Below, one piece after another: positions 55,539-64,000 of a stretch of 64,000 bases of DNA (positions are counted from its first letter, which is position 1; each line of letters starts with the position of its first letter). This DNA is from Bdellovibrionales bacterium RIFOXYD12_FULL_39_22 (GTDB taxonomy: Bacteria; Bdellovibrionota; Bacteriovoracia; Bacteriovoracales; Bacteriovoracaceae), in contig MEQL01000012.1 in assembly GCA_001770205.1 (NCBI GenBank), positions 1-64,000 on the forward strand. Reading direction: 5' to 3'. Below the pieces are notes generated by a model. It was not told the origin of the DNA. It did not search any database and was given only the letters and a program-made list of their open reading frames with translations. The translations under genes and the position numbers were made by a program.

Positions 55539-58247
55539 ATGCGCTTAAAACCTTTATTTCTAACTTTATTTTTTTCTCTTATCTGGATGGATAAAATCTC
55601 GGCGGCAAATTGGTTTGCTTGGATCACTAAACACAATGAAATCACCATCAACTATAATAATCTGCACCTAGACAGTAGCGCACTAGACCAACTACAGCTG
55701 CGCTCTCAGCAGGGAACAATTATTCCTATCAGTTCTCGCACTACAGAAAATAACAAAATTAGGCTAGAGCTGGCCCTGGATTTAACCTTTCCGGCAAATT
55801 ACCAAATTACCCTACTAGGGGAAAATAAATTTTGCTATCCATCTCTTGTTTTTATGAATAAAGCTTTTTTTAGTGATAAAGAGTTGGGGATTGATTGGAG
55901 CGGGCCAATTCCCATTTTGCGACTGTGGTCTCCCACTGCAACTGCCATTGCGGTTGAATTTAGTAATAAGTCCCATACTCATAGCTTTCATAAAAAAATG
56001 GCCTATACCTCTGAAGGAATTTGGGAGCTTCGCCTCGATTGGGATTTTCAATCTCATCCAAGATATAAGCTTTTTGTTGATGCCTTCGGAAAAACAGAAG
56101 AAGCATTAGATCCTTACGCTAAGGGTATGGACTCTTTTTCACCCGGCAAAGGGCCGCTTAAAACACCCTACGCTTATCTGATAAACCCACTGGAAAATAA
56201 GATCGCTTTTAGATCCAGCTATCAATCCATAAACGATACTAGCTTTGTAGGATTTGAGTTACATGTGAGAGATTTTTCTATTGATCCACAACTTTCTATT
56301 CCCCAAGAGCAAAAAGGAACTTATCTGGGGTTAACGCATGCTATCCCCTATCTTAAAGATTTAGGAATTACCCATGTCCAGATCATGCCGTTGCAATCGT
56401 TTTATACTGTCGATGAAATGAACCGCTCCTTTCAGGGAGAAGATGTTCCTCAAAATAAGATCAACTACAATTGGGGCTATGACCCTCATAACTATTTCAC
56501 TCCCGAAGGTTGGTATTCGCAAAACCCAGCTGATCCTGCCCTGCGTTTGCGTGAACTACAGGAGATGATTTATAAATTTCATCAAAGCGGCATCGGTGTA
56601 ATTGTTGATGTCGTTTATAATCATATTTTTGATCAAAATATTTTTGAAACGATAGCACCTGGGGCCTACCTTCGACGCAATGATTTAGGAGAAATTTCCT
56701 ATAAGAGTGGGGCCGGCGCTACCCTGGAGTCACGTAACTACATGGTGCGTCGACTAATCATTGAATCTCTAAAATATTTTAAAGAACAATTTGGAGTGGA
56801 TGGATTCCGCTTTGATTTAATGGGATTTATCGACACTGAAACCATGCGCTCCATTCGAGTGGCACTCGGTCCCAATACTATTTTGTATGGCGAAGGTTGG
56901 GAGTTTACCGATTTACCAGCACAAGAGGCCACTACCAAATCGAATCTTCCGGCCGGACAACTTATTTCCGTCTTCAACGATATTTCTCGCGACTCTTATG
57001 CCGGATTTATGGCCGGTCCAGGATTCATTCATGGAATGAGTGGTGAGTACCCCAAAGTCCTAACCGGTATCATCGGCGGCCTTGCCAACTACTCAGTAGA
57101 TTACAATAATGATGGTTTTGATGATGTTATCATTTCTAAAGATTACTATCACCGCTTTGCCGAAGCGCCTCTCAACACCATCAACTATCTCTCCATTCAC
57201 GATGGCCATACTTTATGGGATAAAATTAATCTCTCTACTTTTGGAGATCTCTCCTATAAAACACGTCTTCTAAAAATGTCTCTAGCTATGCTTTTTACCT
57301 CTCAAGGCCGAATTATTTTACATGGTGGCGATGAGTTTTTACGCTCAAAGCCCCTTGCCGCCAATGATGCTCACGCTGATCGCGCCCACACCTCGGAAAA
57401 TGTTATTGCTAACGACGGTATTCGTTATTTTCATGAAAATTCCTATAACTCTCCCGACACCACCAATATGATTCGCTGGAATTTGCGCAAAAAAAACAAC
57501 TCGATGGTAGATTATGTAAAAGGCCTTATTCGCTTGCGTAAAAAACATCCGGCATTACGTTTGGAAACTGCCTCAACGATACAGCGCGCATTGCGTTTTT
57601 ATAATTTAGCGGAAGATAAGACTGAAGTTCCTTCCCAACTTACTGATCATAGCTTTTCACAATTAGACAAACTCTCTATTGATTTTATCCATGGGCCTGC
57701 AAAAAAAACACTCTATCTTGTCGGCGAGGTACATGGCCCTGAGATTGAAAATAAAAATCCACGCAATAATCCCTATGCTCTGACTTTTGATGACGATGGG
57801 AGTGCAACTATAGATTTCACGCCTAGTGATATGGCAAAATTCCACCTCGAAGCATGGTCCGATCCTCGCAATTTGCAAATTAAATTGGTTAGTACTCCAG
57901 GTAGTTGGGATTATCTTCCCTCTGCTTACTCGCCGATGGGAAACAACACCATAAAACCTGAAAATGTGATTAACGGACGCATCATGGTTGATTTGGCCAT
58001 TTTAGATAATGTGGCCGGTGAACGGCCAGTGGCACTTTCGAAAGTTATCGCTTACACCATATCTACAGAAGAAGAAAGATTACTCGTTGTCATCAACGCC
58101 AAAGATGGCCCTCTTCGCCTGAACACAGAAATCTATGATTGCTCCAATGCTCTTTTGCTTTTTAATGAACAGGGCATATCTAATAAAAAGGCAGCGGCCT
58201 TATCTGTTCCGGCCAAGTCCACTTATATCTATTTGTGTCCGAGATAA
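55539..58247 (+). CDS. pulA: Exported type I pullulanase (GH13)
   Basis: LWSPTA, DPYAK, ELHVRDFS, YNWGYDP, DVVYNH, DGFRFDLMG, YGEGW, HDGHTLWD and NSYNSPD motifs. Confidence 0.92.
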   Translation: MRLKPLFLTLFFSLIWMDKISAANWFAWITKHNEITINYNNLHLDSSALDQLQLRSQQGTIIPISSRTTENNKIRLELALDLTFPANYQITLLGENKFCYPSLVFMNKAFFSDKELGIDWSGPIPILRLWSPTATAIAVEFSNKSHTHSFHKKMAYTSEGIWELRLDWDFQSHPRYKLFVDAFGKTEEALDPYAKGMDSFSPGKGPLKTPYAYLINPLENKIAFRSSYQSINDTSFVGFELHVRDFSIDPQLSIPQEQKGTYLGLTHAIPYLKDLGITHVQIMPLQSFYTVDEMNRSFQGEDVPQNKINYNWGYDPHNYFTPEGWYSQNPADPALRLRELQEMIYKFHQSGIGVIVDVVYNHIFDQNIFETIAPGAYLRRNDLGEISYKSGAGATLESRNYMVRRLIIESLKYFKEQFGVDGFRFDLMGFIDTETMRSIRVALGPNTILYGEGWEFTDLPAQEATTKSNLPAGQLISVFNDISRDSYAGFMAGPGFIHGMSGEYPKVLTGIIGGLANYSVDYNNDGFDDVIISKDYYHRFAEAPLNTINYLSIHDGHTLWDKINLSTFGDLSYKTRLLKMSLAMLFTSQGRIILHGGDEFLRSKPLAANDAHADRAHTSENVIANDGIRYFHENSYNSPDTTNMIRWNLRKKNNSMVDYVKGLIRLRKKHPALRLETASTIQRALRFYNLAEDKTEVPSQLTDHSFSQLDKLSIDFIHGPAKKTLYLVGEVHGPEIENKNPRNNPYALTFDDDGSATIDFTPSDMAKFHLEAWSDPRNLQIKLVSTPGSWDYLPSAYSPMGNNTIKPENVINGRIMVDLAILDNVAGERPVALSKVIAYTISTEEERLLVVINAKDGPLRLNTEIYDCSNALLLFNEQGISNKKAAALSVPAKSTYIYLCPR

Positions 58248-58264
58248 AAGTAGAAAGTGGCCAG

Positions 58265-59398
58265 TTAAGCTATATATTTCCGGGGAATTCGTTCATTTAA
58301 TCCAGTTAAAATTTCATAGGCAATGGTACCGGATTTCTGCGCCAGATCGTCGACACTAATCTCTTCATTTCCCTGCTTCCCAATTAAAACCACTTCATCT
58401 CCATTATAAGCAGAATCCCACTCAATATTTACCATAAACTGATCCATACAAACTCTTCCAACTATAGGATAGCGTCGGCCACCGATTAAAACCTCACCAC
58501 AGTTAGAGAGCGATCGCCGATAGCCATCTCCATAACCAATCGGAATAGTCACTACTCGAATCATATGGCCACTCTTCCAGGTAGAAGAATAGCTTATTGG
58601 GCGATTGGGTTGTACTACCTTGAAATAGACAATATTTGACTTAAGCGACAAAATAGGCCGCAAATCTAACGGCCCTTTTTTACTGGCATCCGGATAAATA
58701 CCATAAAGGGAGATCCCTGGCCGTACCATATCAAAATGAGTTTGAGGGAAATTGATAATACCTCCGCTATTGGCCAAATGGCGCAAAGGCATGGGTGCTC
58801 CCAAGCGATCAAAGTGTGATAGGGCCTCATTAAATCGCTCCAATTGAAGTTTGGTCATTGGAGAATTGGGATCATCGGCACAGGCCAAGTGAGAATAGAC
58901 GCCCTTAATTGTGCAAAAAGATGAATTAACTGCCGCTGCAATAAAAGGCCCTGCTGACTCAGAATGCACTCCTACGCGCTCCATTCCCGTGTCAATTTTT
59001 AGATGAATAGCGGCCGGCCGTCCATAGGCCCTGGCAATCTCTTCCACCTGTCGTAATTTTTCCAAAGATGAAACAGTTAATTCCAAATCAAAATCCAAAA
59101 AAGTTCCAATCTGTGGTTTATAAATTCCGCCTAATACCAAAATAGGAAGCCGCACATTGGCCCGACGTAATGCAATTCCCTCTTCTAAAAACGCCACTCC
59201 TAAATAATCTACACCTCCCATTTTTTCTAATGCAACACCAATAGGTATTAGGCCATGGCCATAAGCATTGGCCTTAATAATTGCCATTACTTTTTTATCA
59301 CTTCCGCAATGTTTTTTTATCTGGCCAACATTGTGCTGCAAAGAAGCAAGATTAACCTCAATAGTGGTTGGCCGATCTATAATTGGATGCTCTTCCAT
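58265..59398 (-). CDS. alr: Alanine racemase
   Basis: IKANAYGHG, KIDTGMER, VRPGI, GYGDG and GRVCMD motifs. Confidence 0.96.
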   Translation of the reverse strand: MEEHPIIDRPTTIEVNLASLQHNVGQIKKHCGSDKKVMAIIKANAYGHGLIPIGVALEKMGGVDYLGVAFLEEGIALRRANVRLPILVLGGIYKPQIGTFLDFDLELTVSSLEKLRQVEEIARAYGRPAAIHLKIDTGMERVGVHSESAGPFIAAAVNSSFCTIKGVYSHLACADDPNSPMTKLQLERFNEALSHFDRLGAPMPLRHLANSGGIINFPQTHFDMVRPGISLYGIYPDASKKGPLDLRPILSLKSNIVYFKVVQPNRPISYSSTWKSGHMIRVVTIPIGYGDGYRRSLSNCGEVLIGGRRYPIVGRVCMDQFMVNIEWDSAYNGDEVVLIGKQGNEEISVDDLAQKSGTIAYEILTGLNERIPRKYIA

Positions 59399-59406
59399 AT
59401 TTACCC

Positions 59407-60312
59407 CTAATAAAGATTACCCTTTGTTTGCAAAGAGAGCGCATTTTTTAGTCCCACCGATTCATAAATAGTTTTGGTGGCATTAGATTTATTCAAAGTG
59501 TAAAAATGAATTCCTTTTGCTTTATTATCTATCAAATCTCTAACTTGTTCAGAGGCCCAGTGAATTCCTGCTCGCTCCACCGAATCATCTCCATCAGCGC
59601 GATTGAGTAGTCTAAGCAGCTTGGCCGGGAAACGACTTCCCTGTGCTAACTCGGCCATTCGCTTCATTCCCTTTATAGAAGTAATCGGCATAATACCAGC
59701 AATAATGGGAACTCTAATTCCAATGATTTCGCAACGCTCACAAAAATCATAAAAATCACGATTATCAAAAAAAAGCTGCGTACAAATATAATCTGCGCCG
59801 GCATCAACTTTTTGCTTGAGATAATCTAGCTCCAATAGACGATTAGGTGTTTCCGGATGGCCCTCCGGGAAACCGGCCACCCCAATACCTATTTGCGGAA
59901 ACTGTTTTTTTATATATTCCACCATTTGGTAGGCATAACGAAAACCATCAACGCAAAAAAAATCGCCCGCTTTATCTTTAGGAGGATCACCCCGCAACAC
60001 CATAACATTCGTTATCCCCGCATTTAGGTATTGCTCCAAAATTGTTTTAATTTCTGTTTTCGAGTGGCCGACACAGGTTAGATGAGCAACAATTGTGAGT
60101 TTTGTATTTTTTTTCAACTTCAAAAGAAGTTCGTGTGTAAATTGTCTCGTACTTCCCCCGGCCCCATAGGTTACGCTGACAAATGAAGGCATCAAGGGTG
60201 TTAGATTGGAAATGGTTGCAAAAAGATCGTTGTTGCTTTTTGCCGAATTGGGAGGAAAAAACTCAAAACTTAAAGAAGTCTCACTACTTTTTAAAATCTC
60301 CGAAATATGCAT
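59407..60312 (-). CDS. metF: 5,10-methylenetetrahydrofolate reductase
   Basis: SFEFFPP, SVTYGAGG, AHLTC, LRGDPP, TQLFF and HFYTLN motifs; start taken as ATG 60312. Confidence 0.95.
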   Translation of the reverse strand: MHISEILKSSETSLSFEFFPPNSAKSNNDLFATISNLTPLMPSFVSVTYGAGGSTRQFTHELLLKLKKNTKLTIVAHLTCVGHSKTEIKTILEQYLNAGITNVMVLRGDPPKDKAGDFFCVDGFRYAYQMVEYIKKQFPQIGIGVAGFPEGHPETPNRLLELDYLKQKVDAGADYICTQLFFDNRDFYDFCERCEIIGIRVPIIAGIMPITSIKGMKRMAELAQGSRFPAKLLRLLNRADGDDSVERAGIHWASEQVRDLIDNKAKGIHFYTLNKSNATKTIYESVGLKNALSLQTKGNLY

Positions 60313-60313
60313 C

Positions 60314-61351
60314 TCAAGCGCCTTTTTTAGTAAATGATTTAGTAAATGATATAGAACCACTAGGACAGGCCTCTACACAATCAAAACAACTATAGCAATC
60401 AGGAACTCTCTTTGTCCCTTCCAAAATTGCCTCCATGGTGTTTATAGGACAGGCCGTAACACAGGAGCGACAATTGGTACATTGCAATTTATTGACACGA
60501 ATTTTATAGCGACTAAATTTTTCCAGCAACCAACCAGATAGGCCAAAAGGACAAAAGAGAGAACACCATGGCCGATAAACAAAGAGCGAAAGCAGTAAAA
60601 TCATTGCAATAAAAATTGCACTCAATAGCGAGAGTCCCGATGGTTTGTATATTAAAAAGGGATTGATTTTTTCGACAATATCTAATTTGGCAAAAAAGGC
60701 CAAATAGACAAAACTAAAAAAAAATAAAATTCGAACAGCATTTGTTATCACAAAGGACATTTTATATTTTGGCAACAGAGATTTTTTATGGTCTGTTTTT
60801 TTATCAAGGCGAAAAATAAAATCTTGCAATGCTCCAAACTGACATCCCCAACCGCAGATAAATTTATTTGCAAAAACCACTATAAGTGAAAAAACAATAA
60901 AGGCGACAATCCGTGGAGGAAAAACCACTCCTTTTATACCCAAAACCGAAATTGCGTCTTTGATTGTTCCCATGGGACTGGGGTCAGATCCTAAAATTAC
61001 TCCAAAAATAAAAATGGCCATCAAATAAAACCGACGCCTTGATGATAAAAAAACGGCCCGCCTCTTATCCGAAGTAATCTGATAAAAAACAGTTCCCAAA
61101 AAAGCAAACCAAAATAAAAATTTCAATGGTATTTTAAACCAATTTTTTTCTGCATACTCTTCCTTTAATGCTTGCTTCTTCTGTCCGTCATCTACCTCCA
61201 ATAAATCTCCTCCCGTCATCTCCTTGGCCACCAAAGTATAGGAGGCACCCTCTGTTTTTTCCTTCCACAAGTCCGTCGACAAATCTGAGAAAAAAATTAT
61301 CGCAGACAGCAGCAATAATACCGATACAAACAACTTGCCGTACGCCTTCAT
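60314..61351 (-). CDS. Membrane 4Fe-4S binding protein (NapH/MauN/YccM-like)
   Basis: CGWGCQFG, WCSLFCPFG, CTNCRSCVTACP and CYSCFDCVEACP motifs; several TMs; ATG 61351 behind GGAGGAG. Confidence 0.88.
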   Translation of the reverse strand: MKAYGKLFVSVLLLLSAIIFFSDLSTDLWKEKTEGASYTLVAKEMTGGDLLEVDDGQKKQALKEEYAEKNWFKIPLKFLFWFAFLGTVFYQITSDKRRAVFLSSRRRFYLMAIFIFGVILGSDPSPMGTIKDAISVLGIKGVVFPPRIVAFIVFSLIVVFANKFICGWGCQFGALQDFIFRLDKKTDHKKSLLPKYKMSFVITNAVRILFFFSFVYLAFFAKLDIVEKINPFLIYKPSGLSLLSAIFIAMILLLSLFVYRPWCSLFCPFGLSGWLLEKFSRYKIRVNKLQCTNCRSCVTACPINTMEAILEGTKRVPDCYSCFDCVEACPSGSISFTKSFTKKGA

Positions 61352-61375
61352 CAAGCAACTCCTCCGCAAAATTGT

Positions 61376-61408
61376 AAAAAAAAAGGGAGCTTTTCAAGCT
61401 CCCTTTTT
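61376..61408 (-). terminator. Intrinsic terminator of the S8 protease gene (could act in both directions)
   Basis: A9-GGGAGCTT-ttc-AAGCTCCC-T5. Confidence 0.88.
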
Positions 61409-61434
61409 ATTATTATTCTAATTCTAACTTCTAA

Positions 61435-62799
61435 TTACTTCAAGGTCATATAACTTGGTAGTGGAAGGATTAACTCTGGAGCTCCTTGACGAACCATGCC
61501 ACCTTTGTTGATTTTCATAGTTGGCATGTTGGCCACTTCTGTTTTTGCCGAATTAATAGCGTCAACTAATGATAGCGACCTGGACAACTGTGCTGCTCTA
61601 ATCGCACGCGCACCATTCACTACCCCACCACATCTTACGCGCGCTGCTAAAAATGATTTAGCGTCAACAGTGTTGCAAAGAATTAACTTCATTTCACCGG
61701 CCGAAAGTCTTGGATTGGCATCTTTAACTCGACTGGCAATATTGGCAACATAAGGAGCGGCCTGGCTAGTTCCACTAATTCTCATATACTCATTATTTGG
61801 TGCCGAAGAAACAATGTTCACCCCAGGAGCGGCAACATCAACTGTTTTGATCCCGTAGTTAGAGAAATTGGCCAAAGCAATATTGTTAAAAGTAGCAGCA
61901 ACAGAGATAACGTTATCATTGCTGATATTGGCCGGAGAGGTTGGCATAGTATCGTTGTCTGTACCATCATTTCCAGCGGCAAAAACAAATAGTGTGTTTG
62001 GTGCTTTTTGTACCACCATCTTGCCGTTAAGTAGCACTTCTTGAAAGAAATAAAGGGTTATCTCATATAACTCTGCTTCAGTTGGGGCACGGCCATAAAA
62101 CTCGCCAAATGCTGGGGCCAGAGATTCTGCGATACTGATGAAAGAAATTCCAAACGATCCATTGGCCACGTCGGCCTCTTTTTGCCCAACGTATGAGGAA
62201 ACTAAATCAAGCCTGCGCATTTGCATTTGCGCCAATGTTTTTAACTCCGCCTTTATGACGCTTAAATCCGCATCATTGCCCGATTTTACGATCATGCCGG
62301 ATGGTTTTAAAATGGATGCCTCGGTAGAAAGCAACTTGATAATCATAAGTTCAACGTTGTCGTTTCCACTTCCCACAATTCCAGCAACATGAGTTCCATG
62401 CATAAATCCAGCATAACGCTCAACTCTTGCTAGAAACAGTTGATCTTCTAACATTTTTCGAACCCAGACCAAATCATCCGAAGTCATCGTTCCGTCATAA
62501 CTTTTTGCTTGGATCTCAAAAAACCTGCTTACATCTGCGTTTAGCAGTTGGGCCAAATTCATATCGATCAATTGATTATTGTCGTCGCCAAAATTCCAGC
62601 CGTAGACGTCATCAATGTAACCGTTTTTGTCATCGTCGATGGCATTATCGAAACGACTCTCACCTTTGTTTTCCCAAATTTTATATGTAATCGCTGGGTG
62701 AAATATATCCGTTCCAGAATCCACGATTGCTACTGTCGACGCCCAAGCAACGCCGGCAAAAAGAGAAAGTAGGGCCACCAACAACAAACCTTTTTTCAT
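61435..62799 (-). CDS. Secreted subtilisin-like S8 serine protease
   Basis: IVDSG, HGTHVAG, AAGND, DVAAPG and SGTSQAAP motifs; signal peptide from ATG 62799. Confidence 0.93.
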   Translation of the reverse strand: MKKGLLLVALLSLFAGVAWASTVAIVDSGTDIFHPAITYKIWENKGESRFDNAIDDDKNGYIDDVYGWNFGDDNNQLIDMNLAQLLNADVSRFFEIQAKSYDGTMTSDDLVWVRKMLEDQLFLARVERYAGFMHGTHVAGIVGSGNDNVELMIIKLLSTEASILKPSGMIVKSGNDADLSVIKAELKTLAQMQMRRLDLVSSYVGQKEADVANGSFGISFISIAESLAPAFGEFYGRAPTEAELYEITLYFFQEVLLNGKMVVQKAPNTLFVFAAGNDGTDNDTMPTSPANISNDNVISVAATFNNIALANFSNYGIKTVDVAAPGVNIVSSAPNNEYMRISGTSQAAPYVANIASRVKDANPRLSAGEMKLILCNTVDAKSFLAARVRCGGVVNGARAIRAAQLSRSLSLVDAINSAKTEVANMPTMKINKGGMVRQGAPELILPLPSYMTLK

Positions 62800-62952
62800 A
62801 GTCACTCCATTTTTCAAATGCGCTCATTAATTCTTGTCCAAATCGTTTTGGCCAAGGGGGTGTCATATTTATAATTTTTGTAGAGAGTGTCAAAAAAAAG
62901 AATCTTTCATTTTCTTACACATTTTTCTGTCTTGAAAAAATGAAAGGTCTAA

Positions 62953-63897
62953 CTAGGCCGCCCGTCGGCATTTTTTAATTAAATCGTAGGCGTTTTTAAT
63001 CTTAACAAACTCTTCGTGTGCCGCCCGCACGGCCTCCTCCGAGGAGGCTCTATTGCTGACACGATCTGGATGTTTCAATAATACCAGTCTCTTAAAACGC
63101 TTTTTGACCGTTTTTTCTGAATCTCCCCAAGCACAGCCCATGATTGAAAGGGCCTCTTCTAACGCCTTGGGGGGGGCAGGGCAATTCTCTCTGTTTTCTT
63201 CTTTGCGCTTTTGTGAGGTGCGCTCCTTTTGTACCTTTGCAATATAATTTTTCCGAAAATGATCCATTTTGATGGCACTATCACACAAACGTTTACAGAT
63301 GAAATCGACATCACCGTAATGGCCATGGCCATCGGTACAGATGCTTATAATTGCCCCAAAGAGTTTTGTCTCTTTTAATTTTTTTGCAACCTCTTTAGGC
63401 GAGATTTTATTGCGCACAAATTCTTCCATTATCACTGCCTCCACCGCCCCATTTTTCAAGGCCAAAAGCAGCGCTAATGCCTCAAAGAGACGAGTAGAAG
63501 AGATATTTTTTCTCTGTACCAAAAAATCCAAAAGTCGCCCGCCTCCAACTTCCAATTCTAAAATGGCCGCCTGTAGAAACGAAGCGGCAACAATTAGTGA
63601 TAACATCTGTACATCTGTTAAAAAAATTTTGTGTTCACGGTCTACAAAAAAGAAATTATGCGCAAGTAGTTCCTTGGCCATTTTAACAATAATGGCCGAA
63701 GAGAATTTTTTTTTGGTAATCTTTTCCAAAGAAGCGCTAACTTCCTTGGCGTAGGATTCTTTGCCGGCAGCAATATTTTCAATGAACCGTTGCGCCTTGT
63801 TGCGTTCTTTTTCCTCTTTTTCGGATAGTTTTTCATCCAATAATGGTGGATAAATAAATAATTTCCTTCCATCCACCGCTCTTTTATCCTCTCGCAT
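62953..63897 (-). CDS. Protein with C-terminal DnaJ (J) domain
   Basis: ALSIMG...VKKRFKRLVLLKHPD...EEFVKIKNAYDLI. Confidence 0.85.
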   Translation of the reverse strand: MREDKRAVDGRKLFIYPPLLDEKLSEKEEKERNKAQRFIENIAAGKESYAKEVSASLEKITKKKFSSAIIVKMAKELLAHNFFFVDREHKIFLTDVQMLSLIVAASFLQAAILELEVGGGRLLDFLVQRKNISSTRLFEALALLLALKNGAVEAVIMEEFVRNKISPKEVAKKLKETKLFGAIISICTDGHGHYGDVDFICKRLCDSAIKMDHFRKNYIAKVQKERTSQKRKEENRENCPAPPKALEEALSIMGCAWGDSEKTVKKRFKRLVLLKHPDRVSNRASSEEAVRAAHEEFVKIKNAYDLIKKCRRAA

Positions 63898-64000
63898 ATC
63901 CGCCTTTGTCGTACTATTTCTACGATGTCCAAATTCAAATCTTTTGTGATTTAAAAGATTATTAAAAGAAGAAGAGAAATTTGGATTGCTGAGTCGAAAG

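Noticed and set aside
266..63938. Many short (60-170 aa) ORFs overlapping larger genes, e.g. 4462-4941, 7666-8181, 39354-39740, 46737-47132, 63341-63754
   Set aside because: They are antisense or out-of-frame shadows of well-supported genes, with no motifs or ribosome-binding sites.

Overview
A gene-dense, AT-rich bacterial chromosome segment. Its gene content (TIGR02147-like HTH protein, FecR-FN3 giant protein, CheW-less CheA-like kinase, many secreted hydrolases and orphan beta-barrels) suggests Bdellovibrionota, probably Bacteriovoracia-like; this taxonomy is inferred. Housekeeping genes include queA-tgt-yajC-secD-secF, menC-menE-menH, a PPi-type pfk, apeB, ihfB, ridA, alr, metF and a peptide ABC transporter split into divergent halves. 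I saw no rRNA, tRNA, CRISPR array, integrase or transposase. The most interesting candidates are: (1) a four-gene signalling operon behind a sigma28-like promoter (PAS-Hpt-HATPase kinase, PP2C phosphatase fused to an RsbW-like GHKL domain, STAS-zinc-ribbon protein, CheY), with a distant cNMP-binding protein that carries the same unusual GHKL domain and also has a sigma28-like promoter; (2) an adjacent FecR plus ~12 FN3 protein paired with a LysM-like beta-barrel; (3) a hexaheme MtrA-like cytochrome next to a three-thioredoxin / DUF4266-like / DUF3570-like cluster that lacks ApbE; (4) twin palindromic operators upstream of the TIGR02147 gene; (5) strong over-representation of GGCC across the window. 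All assignments come from reading motifs by eye; no database searches were run.
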